Notes under the pieces: model-generated
Database searches by the model: none
What the model was told of the DNA's origin: nothing
The model's input: only the letters and a program-made list of their open reading frames with translations
From: Oculina patagonica
Lineage: Eukaryota
Assembly (NCBI RefSeq): GCF_052425735.1
Contig: NC_135762.1
Span: 33,666,001-33,730,000 of the forward strand
DNA length: 64,000 nt
Direction of reading: 5' to 3'
Position numbers and translations under genes: made by a program
Shown here: positions 25,485-39,589 of the stretch, one piece after another
Layout of the letters: the number at the start of each line of letters is the position of its first letter
Numbering within the stretch: position 1 is the stretch's first letter

Positions 25485-28296
25485 GATCTCGCCGTTTTGA
25501 AACTTTCAATTTCGTACCAGTTTGCTTGGCCGAAAAAGGAAGTTAATATATTCACACTTTGACAAAACTACGTCGCTCATCTGAAAACCACATAACAGGT
25601 GGCCAATTGACAACTAAGACAAGACTTTTGAAAAGTTATTTGCATGCAAATGAGTCTGAAAATGACATTTGTCGAGAGATACAGTTTCAAAACAGGGGTA
25701 AAGAGAAAACAGCATTTGCAATTTCAACCTAATTTGCAACCTTGGTCGTTGCCAAGAGCCTCAGGGAATTGAGAAGCGGATTTGCAACATAAAGCAGTGT
25801 AATTGCTTGTCATTAAGATGACGTACCTATCACGCATGTCTAACTGCGTCCATAACTTTCAGATAGTAGGCGATAGGAATCCGTCGGACAATTTCCATGA
25901 TTAGCGCACTATAGGTTAGCCGTGCTAGGTGCTAGATGCGTGTTAGGTGCAGTGCTATTTGCTCTGACTAGAAAGTCTTATTAGAGATTTGCAGACGAAC
26001 TGTTCCTCGTTTAGGGTTTTTGAGAGCTCTTAACTGGCCTTCCTCTTCCCTCTTTTCACCTCCTTGCTAGAGTGTTGTGCTGTTCTCAAACTTGGAGTGC
26101 TTTACGCCTCTCTGCTCTCTAGATCTCTCTGTTACTAGCTAGTACCTTCCGCGTCTTTCAGACGTGGGTGGCTTTCGGATGTCAGATAAAACACTGAATA
26201 CTTGTGGATAAAGCAGCTTTCTGTAATGTCATGATCATATTAGATATTTATGTTATTGAACAGAAATATGTCGAGTAAGTCACTTTTATTTGAAGCAGCA
26301 AATATCAACTGAAACTGTCAGGTTTTGGGAAAAGAGTTACCACACCGTAAGCTTAAGAAAAACATTAGAAAAGCACAAGTTTTTTCATACGTACGGAATG
26401 CACGGTCAGAGGTCAACTTGAAATTTATCAGTTGCCTAATGAAAACTACAGGGACCGAACAAGAACAAAGAAACATGTGAGTTGATTGAAAAAAGAACGC
26501 CATAGACTCCCAGGCTTAATATTTCCCAAAACGAACCAAGTCAGGCAAAAATTAGCATCCTACGTACGAAGACGCTAATTGACAAAAATGGACAGTATCC
26601 CAAATTTTATTACAAAAAATGTCCATGCTTAATAACTTTAATTTGGAAGGTCATCCACAGACTTCCTGAGTTAGAGCCACGATATGAATCAGTTCGATCC
26701 GATCAAATCCACCGCAGGGTAAACTTTGCAACTATGGTGCAATCAGTGTATTGACCAACTGTGTGTGGCTTCATAACTTAAAAGAGCATTGGGCTGTTAA
26801 CAGTCGGACGTTATGGATTTAAATACCGGCCTGTCAAGCTTCTTTGCTAAAATGGCTTTAACTTCAAACATAATATTGTAATGATTATTTCTTTTAAGTT
26901 GTAACTACAAAACATCTGAAGAGCGGTCAAATGTCAAAAATTTATGATATTGGGAAATGTCTCGAATGTTTTCGAAAGCGAAAAATATTAAGGTTTTCAT
27001 AAGGATTGCTCAAAAAAAATTTCCTTCAAATATATTTGAACTGAGACAATTCAGGAAGCCCATGGAACCTTTTTGGGAAAATAGATACGGTAGTGCTGGC
27101 TGTATATTTATAGATATCGTGACCCGCGAGTTGTGTGATATCGATTCCACAAGTGGTTTATTGTCTTCAAATTAAACACCTGTTTTATGGGAGTTGTCAT
27201 ATCATTGTTATAAGTTTTCATTATCAATACCTTTTGCAATTTGCATAGCACTTTCTTTAGGATTCCTTTTAAGCTATTGTCAAACAGGCAGTCATTCCAT
27301 CAAAACAAGAGAAAATACGTAAATAACTATCTTTTCTCCTGCTGGTCTAATTAAAAGAAATATACAATTGTGTATCTAAGTGTTTTAACTGTCTGTTTTT
27401 ATGTTCCATCCAAAATAAAATCGACAAGAACCAGCAACAAAATCACAATATATCTATTCACAAAACAAGGTGGAACATGGGTGAAACCATTAACCACGTT
27501 CGAACACAAAACTGAACATTTAGGACAATCTGTCGTTAAAATTTAATGCTTATTACAACAATCAACACACGCTGTTTTTGCTTCAAGATGCGGATGACTC
27601 TACTTTTTGTAGTCGCCGTTCCGAGGTAGCCTTAAAATTTATCCGCAAATGTGTGTCAAGGCAGAACTGTGCAAGACATCCCAACTGAAGTTCTATCATA
27701 AATTGTCCTATCTACTTCAGCTGGGCATCTTAATTTTGAATGAAGAAATTGCATACGCGATGGCGTCCAGCTGTGTTACGGCTAACCATTGTTCTTGTCC
27801 TTGAACTCAAACAGTAAAATACTTTAAACATATCAAAGCCACGCTTGTTTCAGTAAACAACAACTACATGTTTTCATTTTTATCGAACAATCGGCGAACA
27901 AAGATACAACAACCTGCCGGCGGGTCGTGCACCTAACTGAAGGGCTCTTATTGATTCGGATAAGAAACTTTCATTAATTTCACTGGCACTATGACAATTC
28001 TATAAAATAGTAAAGAAGAAAGGCACAGAGTTGTACATGTCTTATCATAATTATTTTATTCGTCAATTAGTTCGAATACAAGCTCATTACGTAAATGAAA
28101 CATCTGCTCAGCATTGCTGCATATTTACTCTTTAAAACCGAGCACGTAACTTGTGGTGAAAAAGGACTCTTGTGGCTAGCAAAATATTTTCAAAGCAGGA
28201 GTTGTTAGCTATAGCGACAAAAGCAATATTTGCCCACAGCAACTTTAAACCCTGCTTCATTCAGTGCGACTAAGTTAAAGATAAGGAAAACTCTCG

Positions 28297-28450
28297 CCAA
28301 TCGCATTACAAGGATTTGACCGTCAACTGTCTTCACGTCATTGATTTGTACTGCGCAACAGTGCTATATATAAACTGACTCTGTAGCTCAGTTGCGAAAC
28401 GTTTTACAGTCATTTTGAACGCCGTCCTACATTGCAGAAAGTAGTTTAAG
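28297..28450 (+). promoter_or_regulatory. Candidate Pol II core promoter and short non-coding first exon
   Basis: CCAAT (28297), CACGTCA (~28334), TATATATAAA (28365-28374), Inr-like TCAGTT (28388-28393) and a donor AAG|GTTAGT at 28450, all in the correct order. Confidence 0.45.
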
Positions 28451-30579
28451 GTTAGTAACAAATCCATCTTTCCTCTATAAACAAGGAATTATTGTTTCAG
28501 TAGTTAACTAGCGTTTAATGAGTTATTTCATGTATTACATATGATGCTCGTTTAACCACTGAGATGTTTCGGCAATCGTCACTTTCGATTCATTCATCAC
28601 TGTTAACAACGTTTAGCCGATAATACTTCCTCATATATTAGTTACATATGACTTAAGCATTGAAAAACCGTATGTTCATAGCGAGCTAGTTAAAGCGAAT
28701 TGCTGTGCACTCTGTAATAATGCTTCTAAACGGCGTTAAAATATTGACTCTTCCTTAAGTGCTATGAAAATGTCTGGCATAAATTACCATATTTGTTCAC
28801 GTTCTATCAACTAAAATATACCGTCCTGTATAATTGTTGATAACGCCAGAGTTAAATAAACGACTATTGTTTAAATTTGCCACCCTACTGCAAGCTAGTC
28901 GGAACAACAGACTCCAGCATTGGAGAGAGATTTCAAGTGTTGCGGCGCGCGCGCGAAGTGCGTGTACAAAAGAAAGTACACTACAGCCAGCTACTGGAGG
29001 GAAAAGAGAACGAGGATTGCGCCAAGATGCGGATTACAGGACGTGTTAAAATTGACCAATCGAAATCGAGTGTTTCCTCTGTACAGAAGCCTTGCTTATT
29101 CAAAATACAGAAGACGACAGTCCCGCTTTCCTTTTTCTTCGCGCGCGCGTGTCATAGGTCTCAGTTACACAATGGCTTCTGAAAAAAATCGGACTGATTT
29201 GTAGTCAAACTGTCGGACTTTTCAGCTAAAATAACGCAGAAATAAGGTTCCTATTTCCATTTTCACTTATGTGAAATTTAAATAACATTTTTTTTTTAAA
29301 AAACAGCTTAACAAAATGGTCTCTGTTGTATATTTGAACGATTTTCAAAGAGAGTTTTCGGTTTTGAGCATGGTGTTGACTTTTTTCGAAGGTTTTAGAG
29401 TGTCTTCAATTGAAAAACATTAAAAACCGTGTTGATTAAAAGAGAGAACATCACGGCAGCCGAGATAGTCAGTTATGCTCATACGCCTGCAAATGCAATA
29501 TTGAACTCTGCTATTATGATATACTTGATGTGACCAGATGTGCGATATAACAAAATTAACCTTGCATCCTCACTAAGCTCTGAATAAACACAAAGAAGTT
29601 AATTTGAAGATTATTCTTTCAATAAGTGCATGTTTTCTTTTTCATTAAATTTGTTATCATTACCCTCGATCTCACATCAGTGAAAACCATTTGGCGCAAA
29701 GTTAGCACTGATTTACGTGCTTTAATAAATTTGTGGATTCTTTGTGCTAAAATATAAAAATTGTCTTTTTAGAATTAAGGCATAATTTATTTTGTTAATC
29801 CAGTGTTCTGATTCTCAACTCCAAGCCTAATTAGAAAACATTTTTGTAAACTTACTACCCATGTCGCTATATTAGTGAAATTGTACCCTTTCTCTACCGA
29901 CTTGTTTTATCACAGTTTATAAATTTTTCGTTGTTGTTGTTGTTGCCATCTCCAATTTCCAGTATTTTCTTTTGTTCCAAATATACTTAACGCTTCCTGT
30001 AAGGTCAACTCATTTGGTGCTAAAAGGGAATGAAAGTACATATGGAAAATCGGGCATTCCTAGTACCTAAGTTGTTTAACTTGGTTCGATGACAAAGATT
30101 GTTATCCGCTGCTTCAGCGGGAATGGTTTCACGCAAAGGCTAGTGTAACGAACAGATCAGTGAATATTACCTGATATATTTAAAACAATTTCGCGCGTTC
30201 AGGCTCAGGCTGACTGTGAGTAAAACTTCAATGGTGTATGGTAACCAAACTCTTTAATGTTAAAGTGCAATTACCGGAGAACCAGTTGTTTACATTGTGA
30301 CCCCAAAAGACTAACAATTTCAATAAAGATAAAAATATGCCATATATAAAATAAGATGGTATAAAGAACTACATCTTATTCGTCAATGTAATAGCACAAA
30401 AGTTGTTCTTGCGGCTGTAAAATGCTCATGTTCGGAAAGGTTCTTTAGAAACTGGTTAATCGGGTGTTTTTCGAAGTTCATTTCGTAACAAATAAGGACC
30501 ACTCTGACAAACAGGAGCAAATTGTAGCCTGATCTTGGTCGCTTATAGAATTCCACGGACGCATGTCACTCTCTTGTGT

Positions 30580-30864
30580 TAGAGCGGTTTTTACTTGAGT
30601 GTCGAAAGTGAATTGCGTTTGCTTTGATTTTGCATTACTATGCTTAGTGATTGGTTAAAAAATCTTGCGCCACTTTCTCAGCCAATCAGAACTAAAACCA
30701 AAACCAATCGTGACTCGCTCGCGCACGTTTTCCCGCGCTTCGTGCCAGCTACATGTATTTGGTTCGAGTTTTGATTGGTTCACTGGGTTGTCTGGGTCCT
30801 TTGTGATTGGCCAGAGTAATTACTTTGGTTTTGGTTTTACGACACTCAATTGAAAACTGCTCTA
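30580..30864. mobile_element. ~285-bp MITE
   Basis: TIR TAGAGCGGTTTTTACTTGAGTGTCG...CGACACTCAATTGAAAACTGCTCTA; interior rich in CCAAT/ATTGG. Confidence 0.8.
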
Positions 30865-32281
30865 TCTTTGTGAGTGTTTCTTACAAATGTTGTGAAAAAA
30901 TTTAAAGTATTGTGGACTTCCTCATTTATTATTGTAAGCGTCTTTCTTTTTATTGGGAGATTGTAGTAATACACGGTGATAAAAAGGTGTGGTGGGAAAT
31001 GACGTAAAAATATCAAAATAGGGACAAATAACGTTTTCTCTTTAAAAGCTTTAGGGACATATTGTTCACCCCCTGGTTCACTCATAAAAAACTTGACATT
31101 TGTAGTAGTCTTATTAAATGCTTTTTATTTCTTTTTTCAGTATTTTTAAGGGAGTTTTCGCGATATTCGATTTCTTTCCTGGCGAGCGCAAGTTCCTTTT
31201 TATTTGATCAGATAGTTTGTTCAAATAAGGGCCATATAAGTGTAGCTGACATACGCTAAAATTGAAAGGATAAAACAACAAAAAATGAATTAAAACGAAA
31301 ACGTGAGGGTAGATTCCTGAAGCGAAACGTTCCTGTTATTGAAGGGTCGGGTCTCAATTTCCGTTATATGATGTTAGCTTTCAGCACCATCAGTCGCCAA
31401 AATGTTTTGGGATTACATGACGTTTGTATGTAATGTTTCACGTCCGAGCACACCTCTTTGATCCGAGGGTCAAACCCGTGACTTCCTTGTATCCGCCGCA
31501 AAACGTCACAATATCTGTTTTAAAGAGCGATGAAGAAATTCAACAAATATTTACTTCTTGATCGAGTTTGAGGATCAAATTGGCCAGGCTGAAATCTCTA
31601 AGAACGGTATAAATGAGTCTCTTGTATTTTAAACGCGATTTGGACTTCTTTCTGTTAAATGCATTATTTAAATGTTGTTAAGGGCTTACTAAGTTCATAT
31701 GTTGAACTAATTTAAAAAACTCGTAATCAATCAGCTAATTGGCCTTGATAAAAAATATTTACTTTTTTACACTTTGGTTATTAGACATATTTCCATAAAA
31801 ATAATTTTATTTTAGCCTGAGTGTTAATTTACAGATTCACTACTGGATATTTTATTAAAGGTTGCTTAATTAGAAATTCATTAGCTATTTTAGGAACAAT
31901 ACACAGAAATAACCCCAAGATGAGGGCGATAAGAACAAATGATAATTATATTTCGATCGAACGCGATTCAGAAACAAAAATATCATCACTTATTTCTAGT
32001 TTAGTTTAGTTTAACTTCACTAAAGTTAATAATTGCCAGTATCTCGTTTGAAACAATTCAAACAACTGTAAAGTTTACTTTACAACACCTCAAAACAAAA
32101 ACCAATTATCTGCGACAGAGAAACAACATCACTTCGAACATTTCAGGATGTTTTTCTTTGCACAATAGTCCGGCGGCTTAGCTCCTGAATTGTGGTTTTT
32201 TGTTACAAGCACAAACTTTGAGGTTAAATTCCTATAATCATTTTTTTTTTCGGATTTTTTTTTTTTTTTTAAAAAATATTT

Positions 32282-32448
32282 NNNNNNNNNNNNNNNNNNN
32301 NNNNNNNNNNNNNNNNNNNNNNNNNNNNNNNNNNNNNNNNNNNNNNNNNNNNNNNNNNNNNNNNNNNNNNNNNNNNNNNNNNNNNNNNNNNNNNNNNNNN
32401 NNNNNNNNNNNNNNNNNNNNNNNNNNNNNNNNNNNNNNNNNNNNNNNN
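32282..32448. other. Assembly gap (N run)
   Basis: N characters. Confidence 0.99.
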
Positions 32449-34775
32449 AAAAAGATCTTGTGACGTCACACCACCAAACGCTGCTAACACAAAGGAAATA
32501 ATTAAGGACACTTAGCTTGTGTGAAGTCGTGATTCATACTCCTTTGTAACAGAATAATTTATTCAAACGATGCGTAGGGCCATAAACAGTGTAGAAACTG
32601 GTAATCGAGGCGTAAAATTACTCGGCAAATTTCTCACAAGTGTGCGAATTTTGTCGTCATCTGATCTCGTCTGTTCTTCTCACTCACACAGGGCTGCCAG
32701 AAACTTGTGTCGCTCAAAATGTCGCAGAAGAAAGAAGCTATGAGGGAATTGTTTGAGTGCACCTGGAGACCGGATTTGAAGGTAATGATACTTATAAAAC
32801 CACACAGCTGTATTTCATCACAATCTTGCACACTCTCGAGAAACGGCAAAGGATTTCATTCGTGTTTTACCGACATTTGTTTGTGTAAGCATGACCCGTG
32901 AAAAACCCAGTCACGCAGGCTCTATGGGACGATCGAAGTTTGTGTTAAATCGACGCTTGGCAAAATTGTTGTTCGAACATATTCTCAAGCCACATTATTA
33001 TTGTTAAATTAATGACGGTTTTTACCAACTTTTTCGCGTTATTATGTGATGGAATGCGTTTGTAAGATGTCGTGTAATTCAGTGTCGACTACTTGTTGAC
33101 TGATCGTTTGCGGCTGACCAGTTGCTAGTTCAAATACAAATCGTGGGTTGTTTAAATTCTGGCAATACCGTGTTGTTAGCGTTCGCTTTAGCGAGAAACT
33201 AAACACGACCGGCAATTTTACCTCAGAGGTAAGCTTGAGAACTCCATTTCGTTTATAACAAAACCTTGATGTCAAAAACCGCTTTTGTATTGATGTTTAT
33301 TCTTCTAAATGCTTGTCAGTTCAGCTGAATGTAGTTAGCTAAGCAAACTCGTAGTCAGATGTCGTTATCAGCTAAGATAAGAGGCACGCAAGATAATCCC
33401 TTACGCTTGACCGATTTGCTTTAATCAAGGTTTACACAGGAATCAGTTTTAACAGAGCGGTACTCTTGTTTACCCCTCAACTTTTGCCGCGTAAGCAGCC
33501 TGGCTGGTTTGTTTAGATTTAAAATGTTAACTTTAGTCAGTTTCTATTTGAATTGTTTATATTCAATATGCTCTGATAACCTTTCCCACCGTCACACGGT
33601 GATTGAATTCCCGAGTATCAAAATGCCCCATAACAGTTTTGATGTCGTTGTTCATTTGAAGTTGCATTGTCTTTACCTTTGTTCTTGATACAAAAGTAAA
33701 CAATACGAGAAAGGTACAATCATCCTTTAATATAACTTCAATGGGAACGTAATACTATTCAACAACAAATTTCATAAAAGTTTTTGCATTTCACAAAGGG
33801 AATTTAAACAGGATTGACTTTCCCACTTGATTGTGTTTTTATCTCGCCGTCACTGCCTTACAATTTATCTGTCTGTTTCTTTTGACAGTTTACCAGAAAA
33901 AAACATTCTTTTATTATCTATAATTTTATACAAACAGTTATCGTAAATTGTATTATTTTGAAATGTCTGTGCCTTGAAACTGTCTGTGGTATATGCACTA
34001 TTACATCCAGTACGGTCATTTGCATTCATTTTAAGCAGACCAAGATAGCGGGAGCAGGCATGTCTTTTGAATTCGGTAGTGACGGTAGCACACCCATAAG
34101 GTAAGCTTCAGTGGGGTAACCTTGTTCGATTTGTCAATGTTATTTAGTAGTAAGGCACCTGTGAGCATCGTACGGTGAAGACCAAGCTCTGTGACATCCT
34201 TGAATCAACATAACTTTTTACTAACATTTTCTTATCAAAGTATCGACTCTGCTTCAGGTCTCGTATCGGATGACAGAGAAATATTGTCCCAGCTGATGAG
34301 ATTATTGTATTACTGATTATCAAACCATTGTAAGCAAAAGTAGAGGAAGTTTTTCCAAGGTATTTGTTCAGTAAATGCAGAGAATGAACTCCCCATGTTG
34401 CCACTGCTATAAATTTGCAACCTATTGGAACATCTATCCTGAATGCTTTTCAACAACTGTCTCCTCCCCTCTCCTCCTCGTCAGCACATCCTTTATTTAT
34501 TTTTTAATTTATTTCTATAAACATTTAATCTCATTCGAACATTTTTAAACTATCCATTATTAAACTATATTAACGCTACTTATGCACTTATGTTTTCCGT
34601 TATAATACTTTTCTTTTGCTTGCAAAACAGTACTTTGTTACTTGCTACATTACATTACTTCCTCAGTTGGTATTACAAGTTAAAGTACTTAATTAAAAAC
34701 CAGAAACACAGTAATTAACAAAAGTGTAGATTTTATTTTTCTAATCCCTTTATATTGATCCACAAATCCAACTTT

Positions 34776-35175
34776 TTTTATCTACTCCTCTTGGCATGGG
34801 TGCACCTAAGGCCTCAACCAGATAGCGCCATTGGCTACGGTCGGCCGCTGCTCGTTCGAGGTGGCCCCATGTCTATTCGTTGTCTCTCGTTTCTCTTTCC
34901 ACCATCCTTCTCCAAGTTTTTTGGGCGACCTCTCTTTCTGCGGCTATCGGGGTCCATCTGAGGGCGACTTTCGGTAGGGCTGTAGGCGTCATACGAAGAA
35001 CATGACCAATCCATCTCCATCTCCTTCGCTGCACTTGCTGTGTGGTGGTTTCTGTTCTTGTTATTCTTGTGTTTGGCCAAAATATGCGGAGAATCCTTCG
35101 CAGACACCTGTTCTGAAAGTCCTCTAGCTTGTGGCTAATGGTCTTGGTCATCTTCCGGGATTCTGCACCAAAAGA
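34776..35175 (-). mobile_element. 5'-truncated RTE-clade LINE, 3' end with frameshifts
   Basis: Translates to LEDFQNRCLRRILRIFWPN...RRRWRWIGHVLRM...PKVALRWTP and RKRGRPK.TWRR, the typical RTE ORF C-terminus. Confidence 0.85.
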
Positions 35176-38100
35176 ATGCTTTTAAGATGCGTTAGCTCAA
35201 TATTATAAATTTATTTGTATAATTTCCTGCTACAGTTTGTATTGTTCAAGTTTCTGTCGTAAAGGGTTGTTTCTTGATCATGATATTTATAAAATCAACC
35301 AGAAGTGAGAAGAACGTGCTTATTCTCAGCATATTCAGGGCTGTCCCGCAACGAGTTTATAAAATTTTAATTTACAAAAACATATTAAAAAATTAATTAA
35401 AAATAAGAAGAAAATACAGAGAAAGCAGAATTGTCTTTACTTATTAAGAAGAACGCGCAATGGCCAATACTAAGAGGTCTCAAAAATCCAACGAAACGGG
35501 GTAACATAATTTAGAGATATACATGGGCGAAAAAATGGATAAGTACTGTTAAGAAATTCGGTGCCCAATATCGATATTTATTGATTAAATTCCAAATGGT
35601 CAACTTATACAAAACGTTATGAAATTGATTGTGATCGGTTTAATTTCTTTCTAGATTAAAACCAATTGTGCAACAACTATACTCAATTAACCCATATCTC
35701 ACGTTATCTTCGTTTAAAGAATGACAAATAATTGATCGTCGGCATTTAGGGTCGAGTTCCTTTGTGCTGTGGAATGCTCTTTTATTTGCATTTCTTTGTG
35801 TTGTTTAGAGTATTATAACCACAGGCGGGCGTATGTTTTTTCGGAGCTGAGTTCTTTGACGCAGATCCGCATTTGCTAATATTACTCCTGGTCTTATCCT
35901 TAACTGCTTGACGCGGAATGACGGTGCAAATAGCAGATTGGAGTCAACTCAAATGAGAACAGTTGTCCACAGTTGTAGATCGTTTTATCTTTTGGTCACG
36001 GAGACGTGCACAAGCACGGCGGTGTTTTATCCAGATTCTTCCAAGATCTTCCAAGCCTGAAAATGAAAGGGTACATAGAGGTATGTGTCTCGAAACTGCC
36101 AAAAGCCTTGTGCAGTTTTCAACTCAAGGAATAGCTAATGGTCTTTTGTTGGATCGTGGTGCTTTCCTATTCTACACAATTCTGGAAAACGCCCCAAAGC
36201 TTTAAAATGGGGTTAATCAAGGAATATGCTCGCCGTTCGCATTGCACTTGATTATTGTAAATTTGTCGTATAATAGTTGTGCACTCTTGAAATGTTAGAA
36301 GTACTTGTCTGATTTCTTTTAGAGGCTCGGAATGACTATTCCTCTAGTCGTGACTCATATACACCGTGTATATGTGAATGTTTATCTTGTTGTGTTTACA
36401 TTTTACATACTAAATTAAAGACCACTCAGTGGTATTGTTAAGGAAATGACATCTGTCAATATTTACTGGTTTACTCGCGACTTCTGTTCTGTTCTTGCCT
36501 CATTTATAACTTGTTGAAAGTGTGCTAAGTTTTGTTGTTTTAATTTGATCGTCTGACATTTTCAGAATCTGTTGTCCTTTAAGACCAGACATGAACCAAG
36601 TGTTTCTTGTCCGCCCACGTATAAATCTTCTTTAAAACTGAAAGAAGTGGAACTTCTAGACCTACTTCGAAACACTTCGTGAATTTGTGCTATCATGTTA
36701 ATCTCCTGTGAGTGGTGCGTTAGCCTATAATCGTTGGACGCCAGATCTGTCGGTCGAAAAACTTCTAACTGGTCCAAAATACTGAGGTTTATGTCAGTAA
36801 AAGCCGGACTCCCAGGAGGCAGTAGCAATACTTTATTAACTTCATGCTATAAGAGCATTGCCACTGAGATGACTGATTTGCGCCAAAGCAATATGACGGC
36901 CGAAAAGTTGTTGTTTTTTGTCAGCTATATTGACTGAAGCGCTAAGTTGGTTTATGATGTGGTCAATAAAAAGTCGGCGTTGAGGGCCTCATTTAAGTTC
37001 CTCTTGTATCTCTGTTGGCTATTTTTTGAAAAAAAAAAAAAAATGAAGTGAAGAATGAAGAAAAAGAAGAATAGAATGAAGAAAATGAAGAATAGTTAAG
37101 TGTTTTAACACTTCTAAGAACGTTACTGGCGTTTAAATACCACATTATATTACTGAGCAGGGCGCTTGTATAATCCTCATTTGGGACATCTTGATTGTGT
37201 GCTTTCACCATACACAATTACAATATCTCGATAGAATGTTACAATTGCCAAAGCTAATACAAGCTCGTTCAAATCTGAACGGGAAATAGTATGTAAAATA
37301 TTAAGTGTTACTATGTATTTGAGTGGTAATTAAAAAAAAATCAAGCAAAAAAAATTTAAAATGAAAATCAAAACACTGTGTTTTATTTTCTTGAAGCTAG
37401 TTTTGACTAGGTTATGCGTGAGATACGTTTTGTTTATGGCTATGATGAGTATTTTTGATTTAAGCTTTAAGTAATGAGTAGCAGCTATCCTCTTGTTTAT
37501 CTGCTATCCTTAAATGAATGAAAAACTTGAATACGTTTTGGAGTGTTAGTTGTCGAACTGATTGCGGACACTGTTCCTCACGTTACAACATGCAATTTAA
37601 TTAAGATATCAATACACTCCTGTAATAAATCTTAACAAATATTCATCACATAAAAAGTAAAAATCTTTAAAAGACTACAACGATAAAAAGACGGTAAATC
37701 TGTTTATTACAAAAACAGTATTTCCTGAATATGTTATATGAATCTTGCACCATGCATATATCTCTCAAGCTGTCAATCGTGGATTCTTGCAAATTTTAGC
37801 TATATTCAGCCAGTCCTGGGAGAGAAATTTTTTATTTAACTAACGAGCTTGCTGTTCATTCTGGCAATTAGTTGACAGGATAGTCGTTATTGTGCATGTT
37901 ACAAATTCTCCTTTGAGGTCACTTAGTAGCTAAATAAAGGTGTTACATCTTACAAAGTTTTGTTAACTTCATTTTAAGGTTTATCTTTCATTTTACCACG
38001 ATTTTTGATTCACCCATTCGCCGAGATTTTTTGACGAAAAACTTTTAATAACCCCTAACGAGCGCGGTTCACGAATGAACAAAAACGATAAAATCTCGTC

Positions 38101-39525
38101 ACATTTACTCGTCCAGCTATAGCCTGGCTTGACTGATCTGAACTGTAGAAGTGTCAATTGAAGCTTGAATAAAACGTGCTATTCGTTCAAGTATCTTTTA
38201 AGGTGTTAATACATGTGTTGCACTGCTGCGATTTTTCATTCTTAATGGAAATTCAATTATTCTTTTGTCAGTGGCCATTCACTCCATGATCAGCTAATGA
38301 TCTCTTGTTATTTTCCATTGACTAGAGCAGCCTCATTAGGGACATGTCTCAATAATTTATGATTTAAAGCGCTTTCCAACTACGAGCATAAGAGGCGAAT
38401 ATTCAATAGCTCCTGAAGCACTGGTCTTTAATGTCAAAATGTGAAAGGCTGTAACCTTTCGCTCATGGCTTCGTGTGTTCTTCCCCGAAGAGAAAATGGC
38501 GGTTGGGTTTTATAACCGCTCGCTAGCAGAAAATGTCCTTCAGGTTGGTGCAGTGTTTGTTGTGTTGTTTCTAATTGATTCCAATCGAAATATTCCCTGC
38601 ATTGTGTGATTTCTTGTTAAAAATATCAGTTGAAAGCCAAATTTATTCGAAAGCTGGTGTCATTAGCGCAGCAAACATTTGGGTTATAATCTGTATTAGG
38701 GAACATACTCGCTTGCAAAACAAGTAACACATGGAGAGAATTTCATTGATTGCAATAAAAGCGAGTGAAAAACAACCCATCTCTTTCTTTTCTTTCCAAA
38801 GGACAACGGCGTATTGGCTTTTGAATAAATTTGTCTTCTTTTTGTATTTACGAAATCTTTGCGAAAACCTTTTAATCTCCGATGCTGATTAAGCTTTGCT
38901 TTCGCAGAATGCAGTTCCCTTCAGTTCCCTTCATCTAATTAACATACATTCATTTTTTGAAAAAAAATCTTTCAGAGTTTTAAATCTAAAAATACCAGCT
39001 CGGAAGCGGTGTTTCAAGTAATATGTATTAGTTTTTATTAGTAGCTTTTGAGTAGCAGTGCTTTGTAAAACGAACACAAACACAAATCATAAACGTTGCT
39101 TAGCGTCTAGCGTGTGTACTTGGATATTTGTTTGAAAAAATAGCAAAAATTAAACCGAGTGCTTTGTCACCTTTTCATGTACTAATGCAAGCAATAGCAA
39201 TAGTTGTATCTAACTCACCGGTTAAGATTTACCTGTTTGCAGTGAGAAAATAACATACAGCACTCAATCCAAACGTCATTCTACACACAGTGGTCTTTAT
39301 CCATGCAGAAAACCATGTCGTATTGAAATTCGTAACTGTCGTTCTTATACACGACTGAACTTTTTCATCTAACTTTGCAACGCAACTTTTTCTTTTATTC
39401 AGAAGTCTCGATCTGAGGTTTTTCTGAATACCTATTCACGTCAGTGAACAGAATCAAGAATTCATTTCACCGCTAGGGGTTAATGTCTGTGTAAATGCTT
39501 TGTACGTACAGTAAACGCACCAACG

Positions 39526-39589
<64 letters not shown>
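39526..39589. repeat. (TCA)~21 microsatellite
   Basis: Perfect trinucleotide run. Confidence 0.97.

Noticed and set aside
34060-34100. ATG mini-exon with a strong AAG|GTAAGC donor as a KCNH coding first exon
   Set aside because: Phase 2, incompatible with the phase-0 acceptor at 50351.
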